From an uncultured candidate division Zixibacteria bacterium (GTDB taxonomy: Bacteria > Zixibacteria > MSB-5A5 > UBA10806), in NCBI GenBank assembly GCA_963801605.1, contig CAWDFP010000006.1, forward strand, positions 1,632,001-1,696,000: DNA of 64,000 nucleotides, given 5' to 3'. Position 1 is the stretch's first letter. Every line of letters starts with the position of its first letter. Shown piece after piece: positions 33,946 through 43,552 of the stretch. The translations under genes were made by a program, and so were the position numbers. The notes beneath the pieces are model-generated. The model was given only the letters and a program-made list of their open reading frames with translations, was not told where the DNA came from and made no database searches.

Positions 33946-34031
33946 GCCGGAATGGCGGAACAGGTAGACGCACGGGACTTAAAATCCCGCGGGCTTTGCG
34001 GTCCGTGCCGGTTCAATTCCGGCTTCCGGCA
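33946..34031 (+). tRNA. tRNA-Leu (TAA)
   Basis: GCCGGAA/TTCCGGC acceptor, CGGGA-CT TAA AA-TCCCG anticodon arm, long variable arm. Confidence 0.95.
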
Positions 34032-34064
34032 GAAAATTTGCCCTCAGTATAGTTATCCATCGAT

Positions 34065-34502
34065 ATGACTGACAAAAGGGATTCCCAGCGGACCATAAAA
34101 ATTAAACAGCCTCATAAACATGTCTATGCCCGCTTGGGGCCATCCGGAATCGACGGTGTTGGAGTGTTTGCTATTGGCGCTATTCCCAAAGGAACTAACA
34201 TTTTCCCGGATGTAAATGACAGGATTATCTGGATCGACAAGGCTAAAATCAAGCGCCTCAAAGGTGAGATTCGTCGGCTCTATGAGGATTACTGCGTTAA
34301 AACAGGCAACAAATATGGCGCGCCGGTCAGCTTTAATAAAATAAACGCCTCCTGGTATCTGAATCACTCCTCTAAACCCAATGCGGTTGTTGATCGGGAT
34401 TATCATGTCCTTGCCAAGCGCAATATCAAAAAGGGAGAGGAAATTACGCTCGATTATACGACCTATATGGATGGGAAAATTCCAAAGAGCTGGAAATCCT
34501 GA
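34065..34502 (+). CDS. SET domain protein
   Basis: SGIDGVGVFA, YLNHSSKPN, AKRNIKKGEEITLDY. Confidence 0.9.
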   Translation: MTDKRDSQRTIKIKQPHKHVYARLGPSGIDGVGVFAIGAIPKGTNIFPDVNDRIIWIDKAKIKRLKGEIRRLYEDYCVKTGNKYGAPVSFNKINASWYLNHSSKPNAVVDRDYHVLAKRNIKKGEEITLDYTTYMDGKIPKSWKS

Positions 34503-34610
34503 ACCCTGGTGCCGCGTCCGTTATTAAAATAAATCAAAAAAAATGAAAATAATGGGCTCATTTTGAACGTAGATATTGTTATAAATGTAAAAGACGGCAA
34601 CTTTCGATAG

Positions 34611-35645
34611 ATGGAGATTCAAATGCGAAATAGAACTGAATGGCCCAAGCTTCTTTTCCTGTTTTTCGGTATTTTAACAATTATTTTAATCTTAAATTGT
34701 ACTAATAATGCGCCCACCAAATTGATTCCCGCCAATCCCGAATGGATTCGATATCAAACATCCAACTCCGGTATTTCGAGCGATAACGTTTTTGCGATAG
34801 CCATCGATAGTCGCGATATAAAATGGGTGGCAACGGATTACGGCTTATCGAAATTCGACGGTAGCACCTGGACACGCTACAATACCTCGAATTCGGGTTT
34901 GCTTGCTAATAAATTGACTTCCATAGTGGTCGATCCGACCGGTGTGGTTTGGATGGGAACCAAGGGCGCCGGACTGGCCAAATTTGACGGTACCAACTGG
35001 ACTCATTTCAGAACGTCAAATTCGCATATCCAAAGCGATACGGTTACCTCGGTTGTTATCGACGGCAACAATGTTAAGTGGATCGGCACTGTCAATGGCC
35101 TTTCGAGCATGGCCGATTCCGCGATAACGACCTATATCTCGAACGCTCAAACTTATTATCCAATCGTCACATCGTTGGCAGCCTCTCTAAGTAACGTAAT
35201 CTGGATCGGCACGGCCGCGGGGGTCAGCCAATTCGATGGCGCCAACTGGACAATGTATCGCACCGATAATACCGCTATGCGAAGCGACAGCATTCTGGCG
35301 ATTATCACCGATTTTAGCGGTAATGTATGGGCAGGCAGTGACTCAGGCGGATTGAACATGTTTGACGGTTCTACCTGGAGTTTTTTCGATATTTCAAATT
35401 CCGGAATTTCCGGCAATCATGTGCAGGCGGTAACTATCGATGCTCTTCGCAATATCTGGGCAGGCACTACAGGTGTGCTTGGCGGTATTAGCAGTTACAA
35501 TGGCAACACCTGGACCCGATATAACACCTCGAATTCCGGTATACCTGTAGATGATGCCAGAGCAATTAAGGTTGATGCCCGCGGGAACAAGTGGATTGGC
35601 ACCTCCGATGGTCTCGCGGTCTTCAATAAGGGCGGCGTGAGGTAA
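34611..35645 (+). CDS. Secreted or lipoprotein beta-propeller (two-component regulator propeller repeats)
   Basis: Repeated Y.TSNSG..S..V..I.D..G.KWIGT..GL.KFDG..W units; lipobox-like ILNC. Confidence 0.85.
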   Translation: MEIQMRNRTEWPKLLFLFFGILTIILILNCTNNAPTKLIPANPEWIRYQTSNSGISSDNVFAIAIDSRDIKWVATDYGLSKFDGSTWTRYNTSNSGLLANKLTSIVVDPTGVVWMGTKGAGLAKFDGTNWTHFRTSNSHIQSDTVTSVVIDGNNVKWIGTVNGLSSMADSAITTYISNAQTYYPIVTSLAASLSNVIWIGTAAGVSQFDGANWTMYRTDNTAMRSDSILAIITDFSGNVWAGSDSGGLNMFDGSTWSFFDISNSGISGNHVQAVTIDALRNIWAGTTGVLGGISSYNGNTWTRYNTSNSGIPVDDARAIKVDARGNKWIGTSDGLAVFNKGGVR

Positions 35646-35667
35646 CAGAGGTTTATTGATTTTATAG

Positions 35668-35698
35668 CCGGGGATCTTCGCGATCCCCGGTTTTTTTA
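35668..35698. terminator. Intrinsic terminator between convergent genes
   Basis: CCGGGGATC-TTCGC-GATCCCCGG followed by a T run. Confidence 0.8.
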
Positions 35699-36073
35699 TT
35701 TCGATCCCTTTTGCGACCAAATTCCGATAGTAACGCCGCCGGGAGCGGATAACACAATAAAATACCCCATTCCATTAGGAATTTCCATTTCAGGCACGAG
35801 CACAGTGGCCCCCAGCGATTTCGCTTTTTCGAGCGCCGCTGCCAGGTTCTCGACATCGACAAAGATATTTATGTGCGGTACCTTATCGCGATGCTCGCTC
35901 GATACGTTGGCGATTCCGCCGCCCCCCATCTTCTCGCCGGCGTAATTCCATATATAGTATTCCATATTACCGGCGTCCATACGATCAACTTTCCATCCGA
36001 ACATCTTGCCAACGAAGTCAGCGGTTGCGCTGGCGTTATTACTGATGAGCTCAGTGTGAACAATTTTCGGCAT
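35696..36073 (-). CDS. VOC family protein (paralogue 1)
   Basis: IVHTELI, F.G.MFGW, LEKAKSLGA, GMGYF. Confidence 0.88.
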   Translation of the reverse strand: MPKIVHTELISNNASATADFVGKMFGWKVDRMDAGNMEYYIWNYAGEKMGGGGIANVSSEHRDKVPHINIFVDVENLAAALEKAKSLGATVLVPEMEIPNGMGYFIVLSAPGGVTIGIWSQKGSK

Positions 36074-36212
36074 CGATTCCTCCCGTTAATATTTTGGATT
36101 TTTGTTTATAAACATCAAAACCGGTTGGTCGGTTCAAAATATTGCGATCGATATTCAAAATAGCTTAATCCAATTTCCTGATAAGCACTTGTTTTGGGTG
36201 AAATTAGCCAAT

Positions 36213-36246
36213 AAAAAAACCGTCAGATGAAAGCATCTGACGGTTT
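36213..36246 (-). terminator. Intrinsic terminator after VOC paralogue 2
   Basis: AAAAAAACCGTCAGATG-AAAG-CATCTGACGGTTT hairpin; T run on the minus strand. Confidence 0.85.
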
Positions 36247-36262
36247 ATAAATGGCCTTAGTA

Positions 36263-36676
36263 TTACTTTCTTTGCGACATCGATGGCTCGGCTTTGGCTT
36301 TCATTGATGGTTGCTTGGACCATAACCCCAAGTTGCAGCCGCCGGGTATTTGGATAATGGCGAAATATCCCATTCCACCGCTAATCTCTGTTTCGGGGAT
36401 TATTTGCGTGGCGCCAAGGGATTTAGCCTTGTCAATCGAGGCCGCTATATTTTCGACATCAACATAAATATCGACGTGCGGTCCCAGCTTTGATCCCATT
36501 CCCCCGGTTTTTCCGATACCACCGCCGCCTTCTTTCTCGCCGGGGTAGCTCCACATATAGTATTCATTTTTGGGATCATTCCACTTTTCAACTTTCCAAT
36601 TGAACAACTTGCCGACGAAATCGGCGGTTGCCTTTGGATTGTCGGTTATAAGCTCGGTGTGAATTATCTTAGCCAT
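36263..36676 (-). CDS. VOC family protein (paralogue 2)
   Basis: Aligns end to end with 35696..36073 (IHTELI, ATADFVGK.F.WKV, KAKSLGA, GMGYF). Confidence 0.88.
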   Translation of the reverse strand: MAKIIHTELITDNPKATADFVGKLFNWKVEKWNDPKNEYYMWSYPGEKEGGGGIGKTGGMGSKLGPHVDIYVDVENIAASIDKAKSLGATQIIPETEISGGMGYFAIIQIPGGCNLGLWSKQPSMKAKAEPSMSQRK

Positions 36677-36907
36677 TGAACCCTCCTTTTTAATTTGGTT
36701 TTGTTCTTATAACTTCAAAACTAGTTGAGAGGTTCAATAATTTTTGGTATGCAGATTAAAATTAATACGATCCCGGCGTATTTTTCAGACAATATGTTAT
36801 AATAGCTCCTGTTTATTCCAGAACGAGACGAAGCAATATAAATTCTTTCCCAATATTAATTTCTTTTATATGGATTAAATGGTTACGGCAGGCCGTATAT
36901 CTTTGAT

Positions 36908-37297
36908 TCAACCTTCGTTCTCTTTGATTCTGGCTTTCACGATCTTCCTGACAAGGGTCGCGGGAAGCGGTTTTTCGACCGTAAAATGAATCGTGCCCGC
37001 TGACACCTTAAAGCCCTGCAGCTCTTTGGCGAACGTCTTTATAATCGATTTACTTCCAGGAAAGAGACTGCAATGATCCTTGAACGCCGCGAAATAAAGC
37101 AGAGTCCCGAGATATTTGTAGGCCGGCATCCGATAGCTGATTACCTCCTCAGCCCTGGGCGCGGCAGCTTTGATCGTCTGGCGCAGCTTTTCGAGAACAG
37201 CCCGCGCGTCCGGCGGTACCGATGCCAGGTAGGTATCAACGTCTTTGGGAGGAAGGCCCTTTTTCATATCGAGTTTTGAATTGGTTTTCTTCATCAC
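36908..37297 (-). CDS. YdhG/DUF1801 family protein
   Basis: VDTYLA, LRQTIKAAAP.AEEVISY.MPAY, FAAFKDHCSLFP, IVKARI. Confidence 0.9.
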   Translation of the reverse strand: MMKKTNSKLDMKKGLPPKDVDTYLASVPPDARAVLEKLRQTIKAAAPRAEEVISYRMPAYKYLGTLLYFAAFKDHCSLFPGSKSIIKTFAKELQGFKVSAGTIHFTVEKPLPATLVRKIVKARIKENEG

Positions 37298-37330
37298 CGA
37301 CCCTTTAGAGAATTATCAAGGCTGCCCTAT

Positions 37331-37658
37331 CTAAAAAAGGGTGATTCCCAGCCAGATCATGACCAGTACTCCGACAATCAGGAGCATGATCGACCAGATA
37401 CGACCGCCGGCTTTTTTGTTAAGCGTCATACCGATAGTCAGCGTATTGGAAATGATATTGAGCATGAGCGCCATCCAGGCAATGGACGCTTTGCTTTGAA
37501 GGTATTTCGGAAAATGTTTTAGATAATTGGCGAGGTTTTCCGCGTAGGGGAGACCTCCCTTAAACGATTGCATCCAGGTGATCATCGCATAGACTGGAAA
37601 GGCGAGAAGTATCGCCGCCAGAAATCATCCATCCGAATCGTCTGCTTTTTTTGCTCAT
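37331..37658 (-). CDS. Small hypothetical membrane protein (frameshift near 37622)
   Basis: Three hydrophobic segments when ATG at 37658 is joined to ORF 37331..37585. Confidence 0.5.
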
Positions 37659-37926
37659 AATATTGCCAATCGTCGGATGACAAATATGGTATGCCTCATA
37701 AATGATGTCAAGTCAATTGACGGCTTGCCCCGCGAAACAGCAGCAGGACAAAACCCCTGCGGCCTTGACAACGGTTGGCCGTTTTAGCTTGACAGAAATA
37801 TCCATATAGCTTATATAGGAGCGCATTGCTTTTTGTCAGCGATGTCGAATTTTGGCCCGCGTGGGGCCTGTGTTTTTAAGGATACCGGAATTGGGAAGTA
37901 CTTTCCAGAAGATCAAGGATAACATA

Positions 37927-38685
37927 ATGAAATCCGTAATTGCTATATGCCTGTTGCTGATTGTCATGGCGGGCTGCTCCGATAAAAAAACAGTCGCCCC
38001 GGATATCAACACCTTTAATCTGTCGGGACGGGTGATCAATCAATATGGCAACGCCGCCCCCGGCCTTCGAGTAGTGGTCAGCGGTTCGAACAATTACTCG
38101 GCGTCAACAACTACCGATACATCCGGTACCTTTACTGTGAAGGCGCCTGAGGGTGCTTCCGCTGTTACTTTCAGCTCCGCTCAAACGATTGTCTTTAGCC
38201 TGCCTCGTTTCATCACCAGGGACACGGTTATAAATGTGACCGCAGATACCTCCCTGAATCTGACCGTCAGGGAGTTTACCACCATATTTCACGACTCGGC
38301 CAACAGGCCGTCCGCCTGGAATATGTATGGCGGAGTCAGTTACGACAGCACCAAATATGTTTTTCAGGACCTCGACATGGTTAACGATCACATGATGCAA
38401 AACCAGATTTGTTCGATGCCGGATTCTTTCCAGTATGCCGGGTTCATTTTATATGGGCAGGCGGCCCCGTCTAATTCGTCGGAGATCATCGTCAATGCCT
38501 GGATTAACGGCCATGTTTTCAACGGCCATTGGAGCGCCGCCTTTACGGTCACGCCGTCATATTATCACGGCGCATTGGAGACGCTTCCCGCCTTGCCGGG
38601 CGGCGGCCTGCAGCTTGATCTGATCTATAATAAAATCAGCGCTACCTATATTTATATCCGAGACATCTGGATTTATTGCTATTAG
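37927..38685 (+). CDS. Lipoprotein with carboxypeptidase-regulatory-like domain
   Basis: Lipobox MAGC; LSGRVI...G..V.V...TTTD.SG.F pattern. Confidence 0.75.
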   Translation: MKSVIAICLLLIVMAGCSDKKTVAPDINTFNLSGRVINQYGNAAPGLRVVVSGSNNYSASTTTDTSGTFTVKAPEGASAVTFSSAQTIVFSLPRFITRDTVINVTADTSLNLTVREFTTIFHDSANRPSAWNMYGGVSYDSTKYVFQDLDMVNDHMMQNQICSMPDSFQYAGFILYGQAAPSNSSEIIVNAWINGHVFNGHWSAAFTVTPSYYHGALETLPALPGGGLQLDLIYNKISATYIYIRDIWIYCY

Positions 38686-38832
38686 TATTGCCATGGGTGG
38701 CATGCGCGTGGATATTTACGGCGTTTTTTGGCTTGACAGGGAAATCCATGTACTCTATTATATAGGCGCATTCTTTGATTTTGCAGCTTTGAGTAATTTA
38801 GGATAGAGGGTAGGGATTTTTTTATTTTAATT

Positions 38833-39235
38833 ATGGATAATAAACTAAAACACCTCGAATTTATTCAAGGCGCAATCAATAGGATGGCGGGGGATCTGTT
38901 TTTTCTAAGAGGATGGGCTATTACATTAATTAGCGCACTTCTGGCACTCTGATATTAAAAGCAATAATCCATCATACCTAGCCGTTATTTATTTTCTTAT
39001 TGCCATATTTTGGGTATTAGATGGTTATTTTCTTTCACAGGAAAGGTTATTTAGAGCTTTATATGACAGAGTTAGGACTATAGAAGATGATTCGATAGAT
39101 TATTCAATGAATACCAAAGAATTTAAAAGCATTAATAAAAACAAATGGATATTTTCAATGCTTTCGCCTACTTTCCTATATTTTTATTTAGCGTTGCTTA
39201 TTTCTACATCCTTAATTTCATATTTTACAAAATAG
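38833..39235 (+). CDS. Three-TM membrane protein associated with a TIR gene (frameshift near 38950; absent from the ORF track)
   Basis: Manual translation: [39 protein letters not shown] / ...[24 protein letters not shown]...[20 protein letters not shown]. Confidence 0.8.
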
Positions 39236-39245
39236 GGATTTTACT

Positions 39246-39926
39246 TTGGGAAGAAAAATATTTATAAGTTACAAACATGAGGATTCGAGCGTAATGCCTT
39301 TATCGTTTCTTAATAGGAAATGTACCGCGCGGGATTATGTCGATTACCTGGAAGTTTTATTAGAAGAAGAACATATATATAAGGGAGAGAAGAATAATGA
39401 AGATTTGGGAAATTTTAAAGATGAGACAATTGCCTCTCATTTGCGTGATAATATTTATGACAGTAGCGTAACAATTGTATTGATATCTAAGGGTATGAGG
39501 GAGGCCGGTGTATCTGAGGATGACCAATGGATACCGTGGGAAATATTGATATTCTCTGAAGGAGATAACAAGGGAAGGGAAGACAAGCGCTACTAATGCA
39601 ATGTTCGCGGTGATTCTACCAGACGAGAATAGTAGTTATCAATACTTTCTTGAGAATAGTGCCTGCAATAATTGCCATAGCATACATTTTAAAACAGATA
39701 TATTGTTTAAAATTCTCGGATTAAATATGTTTAATAGAAATGAAAAAAGCAAATAAAATGCGATAATCCTTTCTGTGGCAAATCAAACCATACTGGAAAT
39801 GATCATTCATATATTTATCCAGTAAGATGGGACCATTTTATGGAAAGTATAAATTATTATATAGGATTGGCTATTACTATTAATGATAATATTGATGATT
39901 ATGATATTACAAAAGAAGTATGCTAA
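39246..39926 (+). CDS. TIR domain protein, MTH538/DUF1863 (ThsB-like); frameshifts near 39548 and 39755
   Basis: [26 protein letters not shown]; continues YSLKEITR...[10 protein letters not shown]...[12 protein letters not shown] in shifted frames. Confidence 0.85.
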
Positions 39927-40014
39927 GAAAATTATTAGATCTGGTTCTCCGAAATCTATTAATAAGGCGATCCCATAATTATCAAGGATTAGGTGACCAT
40001 CTAGGGAGATTAAA

Positions 40015-40637
40015 ATGAAAATAAAGGCCATAATATTCTTTGGAATTATTATCTGCTGTTTTAATTGCAGTGATCATAAGTCATTAAAGCTTACGAATAA
40101 AAAGCATGATGAATATTTAGGTAGATTTGCTACATTAATTGCTAGTATTCAATATACTAATGATATTGTAGCTTCACAGGTAGATACCGTAGGTGATGAG
40201 GATTTCCGCCAATATTTATTAGAACCGCTATTCGGGCGTTTAGATTCCGTAAGAATATCCTTATATGGGTATCACAAAGGTCGTAATGCCCATGAATTGG
40301 TGGATACTCTATTATATACTCCAACAGTTATGATTCTTCCAGCAAATTATTCAGATGCTGATTTTTATTTAGCTTATTCGGTAAATAGCATGAAATTAAA
40401 ATATTTAGAATTCCAAATTAACTTTAAGGCTCAAAATGGGGGATATGAAAAAGTATTATAACTGGTCCAATTGAGGCTACCACTTGCGGCATTCAAGGAA
40501 ATTATAAATTTTTTAGCAATTCAGGAAATAAAATGCCTCTTGGGGTTAGAGTAATGGATGTTATGACAATTTATTCAATATATGGAAGCTATCGTGTAGA
40601 TACAACATATGCATTTGTTGACCTTGTTAGGAAATAG
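40015..40637 (+). CDS. Hypothetical lipoprotein (probable frameshift near 40455)
   Basis: Signal peptide ending CFNC; an open frame continues to TAG at 40637; AT-rich. Confidence 0.55.
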
Positions 40638-40815
40638 CATTAATCTGCGGTAGTCTAAAACAATATGCCTCAAGGCGTCGTTCTATAGATAGTTTATATA
40701 TTCAGTTAGCCGTTAGTGATCGGGTATGAAAACCCTACCGCACGGGTATTTTGAGCTCCCCAAAAGCCAAGTGCCGCCATTCCCTTGAACCTGACGGCAC
40801 GATTATTATAAAGAT

Positions 40816-40884
40816 TTAGTGCGAATTCGCATACGGCGCCCACCTGTCGCCCAGCGCGCTAACCTCTTTGCGGCAGGCCGTTAG
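40816..40884 (-). pseudogene. Relic copy of the glyA 3' end
   Basis: Translates LTACRKEVSALGDRWAPYANSH* versus Gly[23 protein letters not shown] (11/22 identical, stop in the same position). Confidence 0.75.
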
Positions 40885-41266
40885 CTTCATCATCCAAATT
40901 GTATTCGTTTATTTTAGTGGGTTCCTCATCTACTAATCCCGCTTGTTGTCTGGCCTCTTCTATTATTGCGGCTACCTTGATGTTGGCTTCCCGTGCCCGC
41001 TGCCTTTCCCGCTGACGGTAACGAGCATAAAGCCACACGCAGACGGCAATGGCCGCTAAAGGTAATAAGATCAGATCAATATTGAAACTTCGCAAAACAC
41101 TACCGAAGAAAAACCAGCGCACGATAAACATCAGAAGAAATACGACAAATATCATCGCCACGCTTAAGGGGTGCAACTTGGTATCGGTTTTAAAAGTGGT
41201 CATTGCTATCGTCTCCGGAAAGGAACCGGTGGGTAGGGACAACAATACCGTTTTAAATTCAGTCAT
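40859..41266 (-). CDS. Hypothetical 2-TM membrane protein
   Basis: Two hydrophobic helices followed by a charged tail; start uncertain. Confidence 0.6.
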   Translation of the reverse strand: MTEFKTVLLSLPTGSFPETIAMTTFKTDTKLHPLSVAMIFVVFLLMFIVRWFFFGSVLRSFNIDLILLPLAAIAVCVWLYARYRQRERQRAREANIKVAAIIEEARQQAGLVDEEPTKINEYNLDDEANGLPQRG

Positions 41267-41273
41267 CGCAGTT

Positions 41274-41313
41274 TAGGCCTCAGGATGTCGGAAGCCTTCC
41301 ATCCTGAGGCATA
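41274..41313. repeat. 40-bp palindromic repeat, copy 1
   Basis: GCCTCAGGATG-TCGGAAGCCTTC-CATCCTGAGGC; 37/40 identical to 42141..42180. Confidence 0.9.
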
Positions 41314-41345
41314 AAAATAATATGCGTTAGCCAATTAGAAATGCG

Positions 41346-42098
41346 CTATGCCCCTTTCTTGAACACATAAATCGCCCACCCCAGCGTTTCTCGTCCCCAC
41401 CTCAGATATGCTGTCTTACTCTCACGCACTCGCTTCAGCACGGTCTCCACATCCGGATCATCCCGATGATCACTCGCCCAGGTTTCCGCAGCAAACCACT
41501 GTAACCCTTCATATCTATCCCAGTCATCCTGGTTGCTTACGAGTGTGTAGACAGCCTCCAGTCCGTGTTCTCGCCCGGCCTCCGCATTCTGACAATGTGT
41601 TCCGAAGTCGTTCCGTTTCACTCCGATCGCTTCTAAATATTCTTTTTCCGGCTCATGCCGCCAGTACGGTTCTCCCACAACGATCCAACTTTCCGGGGCT
41701 GCCATCTTCTGCAGCGCGTTCAACGTTCCTCGATACCCGCCATAAATCCAACTCGCACCGATGCAGGCTACCAGATCAAAGCTCTCTAAGGTCTCCGGGA
41801 CATACTTGGCCCCGTCCATTTCCAAGAAATGGAGTTGGGCATCCGGAACACGTTCTTGATGCTTCTTGCGGACATCAGCAATGCAGTAGGGAGAGAAATC
41901 AATTCCTGTCCCTATAATTTGTCGGTGCCGTTCTGCAAGCCTGATCAGAAACTCGCCCTTTCCAGTGGCGATATCAAGCACGCGCGCTTTAGGTTTCAGA
42001 GGCAGAAGTGTGATAAGCTGTTCAAGTTTCTCAAGACTCAACGGATCGCAGATAATGTGCTCCCGATGCGTGATGTCAAAGAACTTCCACATGTCCAT
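41346..42098 (-). CDS. Class I SAM-dependent methyltransferase
   Basis: VLDIATGKGE motif I, GIDFS, FDLVACIGASW; AAGGAG RBS. Confidence 0.9.
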   Translation of the reverse strand: MDMWKFFDITHREHIICDPLSLEKLEQLITLLPLKPKARVLDIATGKGEFLIRLAERHRQIIGTGIDFSPYCIADVRKKHQERVPDAQLHFLEMDGAKYVPETLESFDLVACIGASWIYGGYRGTLNALQKMAAPESWIVVGEPYWRHEPEKEYLEAIGVKRNDFGTHCQNAEAGREHGLEAVYTLVSNQDDWDRYEGLQWFAAETWASDHRDDPDVETVLKRVRESKTAYLRWGRETLGWAIYVFKKGA

Positions 42099-42140
42099 GC
42101 GTATAACTCCTTCATCAATACCAGCCGAACCACGAGATTA

Positions 42141-42180
42141 TATGGCTCAGGATGTCGGAAGCCTTTCATCCTGAGGCATA
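42141..42180. repeat. 40-bp palindromic repeat, copy 2
   Basis: Direct repeat of 41274..41313. Confidence 0.9.
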
Positions 42181-42193
42181 CAAAGCGAAAATT

Positions 42194-42292
42194 GCGTCAA
42201 CTACGGGGAGTTGACGCCACGTGTTGATGTACCGTCAGGTTCGGGGACCTGACGCTTTTAAAAGACCGGGATCCACAGGGGACCCCGGCTAC
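42194..42292. repeat. Cluster of three REP-like hairpins downstream of glyA
   Basis: GCGTCAACT-N6-AGTTGACGC-CAC; GTAC-CGTCAGGT-N-ACCTGACG; CCGGGATCC-N-GGACCCCGG-CTAC. Confidence 0.75.
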
Positions 42293-42304
42293 AAAAAGCT
42301 AAGC

Positions 42305-43552
42305 TTATCTCAGGCTTGGATACAGCGGAAACTTGTCGCACAGCGCGGAGACCTCTTTGCGAATGGCGGCGAGGTCGTCGTCGCTTTTCATACAGGCGAT
42401 AGCGCTGGTGATCATTTTGGCGATCTGCTTCATCTCGTTCGGCCCCATGCCGCGCGTGGTCACCGCCGGCGTGCCGATACGAATACCCGATGTCACAAAC
42501 GGCTTCTCGGGATCGAACGGCACCGTGTTCTTGTTGACCGTGATGCCGGCCTTCTCCAACGCCTTTTCGACATCCTTACCGGTAATCCCTTTGCCGATGA
42601 AGGAGAGCAGCATCAGGTGAGTGTCGGTCCCGCCGGAAACTACATGGAAGCCGCCGTTGACGAACTCCTGCGCCATCGTCTTGGCGTTTTCCAGAATCCG
42701 CTGTTGATATTCCTTGAACTCGGGCTTTAGCGCTTCTTTGAACGCCACCGCTTTGGCGGCGATAACATGCATCAGCGGCCCGCCCTGAATGCCGGGCATG
42801 ACTTCGCGATCGAGGTCCTTGGCGTACTTTTCTTTGCACAGCACCATGCCGCCACGCGGCCCGCGCAGGGTCTTGTGGGTGGTGGTGGTCACGAAATCGG
42901 CCATCGGAACAGGGGAGGGGTGCAGGCCGGTCGCCACCAGGCCGGCGATATGCGCGATATCAACCATCATATAAGCGCCGACGGCGTCGCAAATCTTGCG
43001 GAAGGCGTCGAAATCTAGCGTGCGCGGATAGGCCGAGGCGCCCGCGATGATCATCTTTGGTTTGACTTCCATAGCCTGCTTCATGAGCTCATCGTAATCG
43101 ATCGTCTCGGTTCCCTCGGCGACCGAGTAGGGGACGATATTATAAAGCTTGCCGGAGAAGTTGATCGGGTGGCCGTGAGTCAGATGGCCGCCATGCGAGA
43201 GATTGAGCCCCATGACCGTATCGCCCGGTTTCAGGACTGTAAAATAGACAGCCATGTTGGCCTGCGAGCCGCTATGCGGTTGGACATTGGCATGTTCGCA
43301 TCCGAACAGCTGCTTGGCGCGGTCGCGGGCGATATTCTCGGCCTGATCGACAAAGGTACAGCCGCCGTAGTAACGTTTGCCGGGATAACCCTCGGCATAC
43401 TTGTTGGTCATCACCGATCCCAGCGCTTCGAGCACGGCCAGCGAGACGAAATTCTCGGAGGCAATCAATTCCAGCCCGTCATGCTGACGGCGCGCCTCGT
43501 TTATGATCGTTTGATAAATTTCGGGATCGCTTTTTTTGAGTTCGTCCATCAT
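42305..43552 (-). CDS. glyA: Serine hydroxymethyltransferase
   Basis: [44 protein letters not shown]. Confidence 0.97.
   Translation of the reverse strand: MMDELKKSDPEIYQTIINEARRQHDGLELIASENFVSLAVLEALGSVMTNKYAEGYPGKRYYGGCTFVDQAENIARDRAKQLFGCEHANVQPHSGSQANMAVYFTVLKPGDTVMGLNLSHGGHLTHGHPINFSGKLYNIVPYSVAEGTETIDYDELMKQAMEVKPKMIIAGASAYPRTLDFDAFRKICDAVGAYMMVDIAHIAGLVATGLHPSPVPMADFVTTTTHKTLRGPRGGMVLCKEKYAKDLDREVMPGIQGGPLMHVIAAKAVAFKEALKPEFKEYQQRILENAKTMAQEFVNGGFHVVSGGTDTHLMLLSFIGKGITGKDVEKALEKAGITVNKNTVPFDPEKPFVTSGIRIGTPAVTTRGMGPNEMKQIAKMITSAIACMKSDDDLAAIRKEVSALCDKFPLYPSLR

Noticed and set aside
40660..42300. CRISPR array or integron attC array
   Set aside because: Repeats are heterogeneous and irregularly spaced; there is no cas or intI gene and no complete attC.
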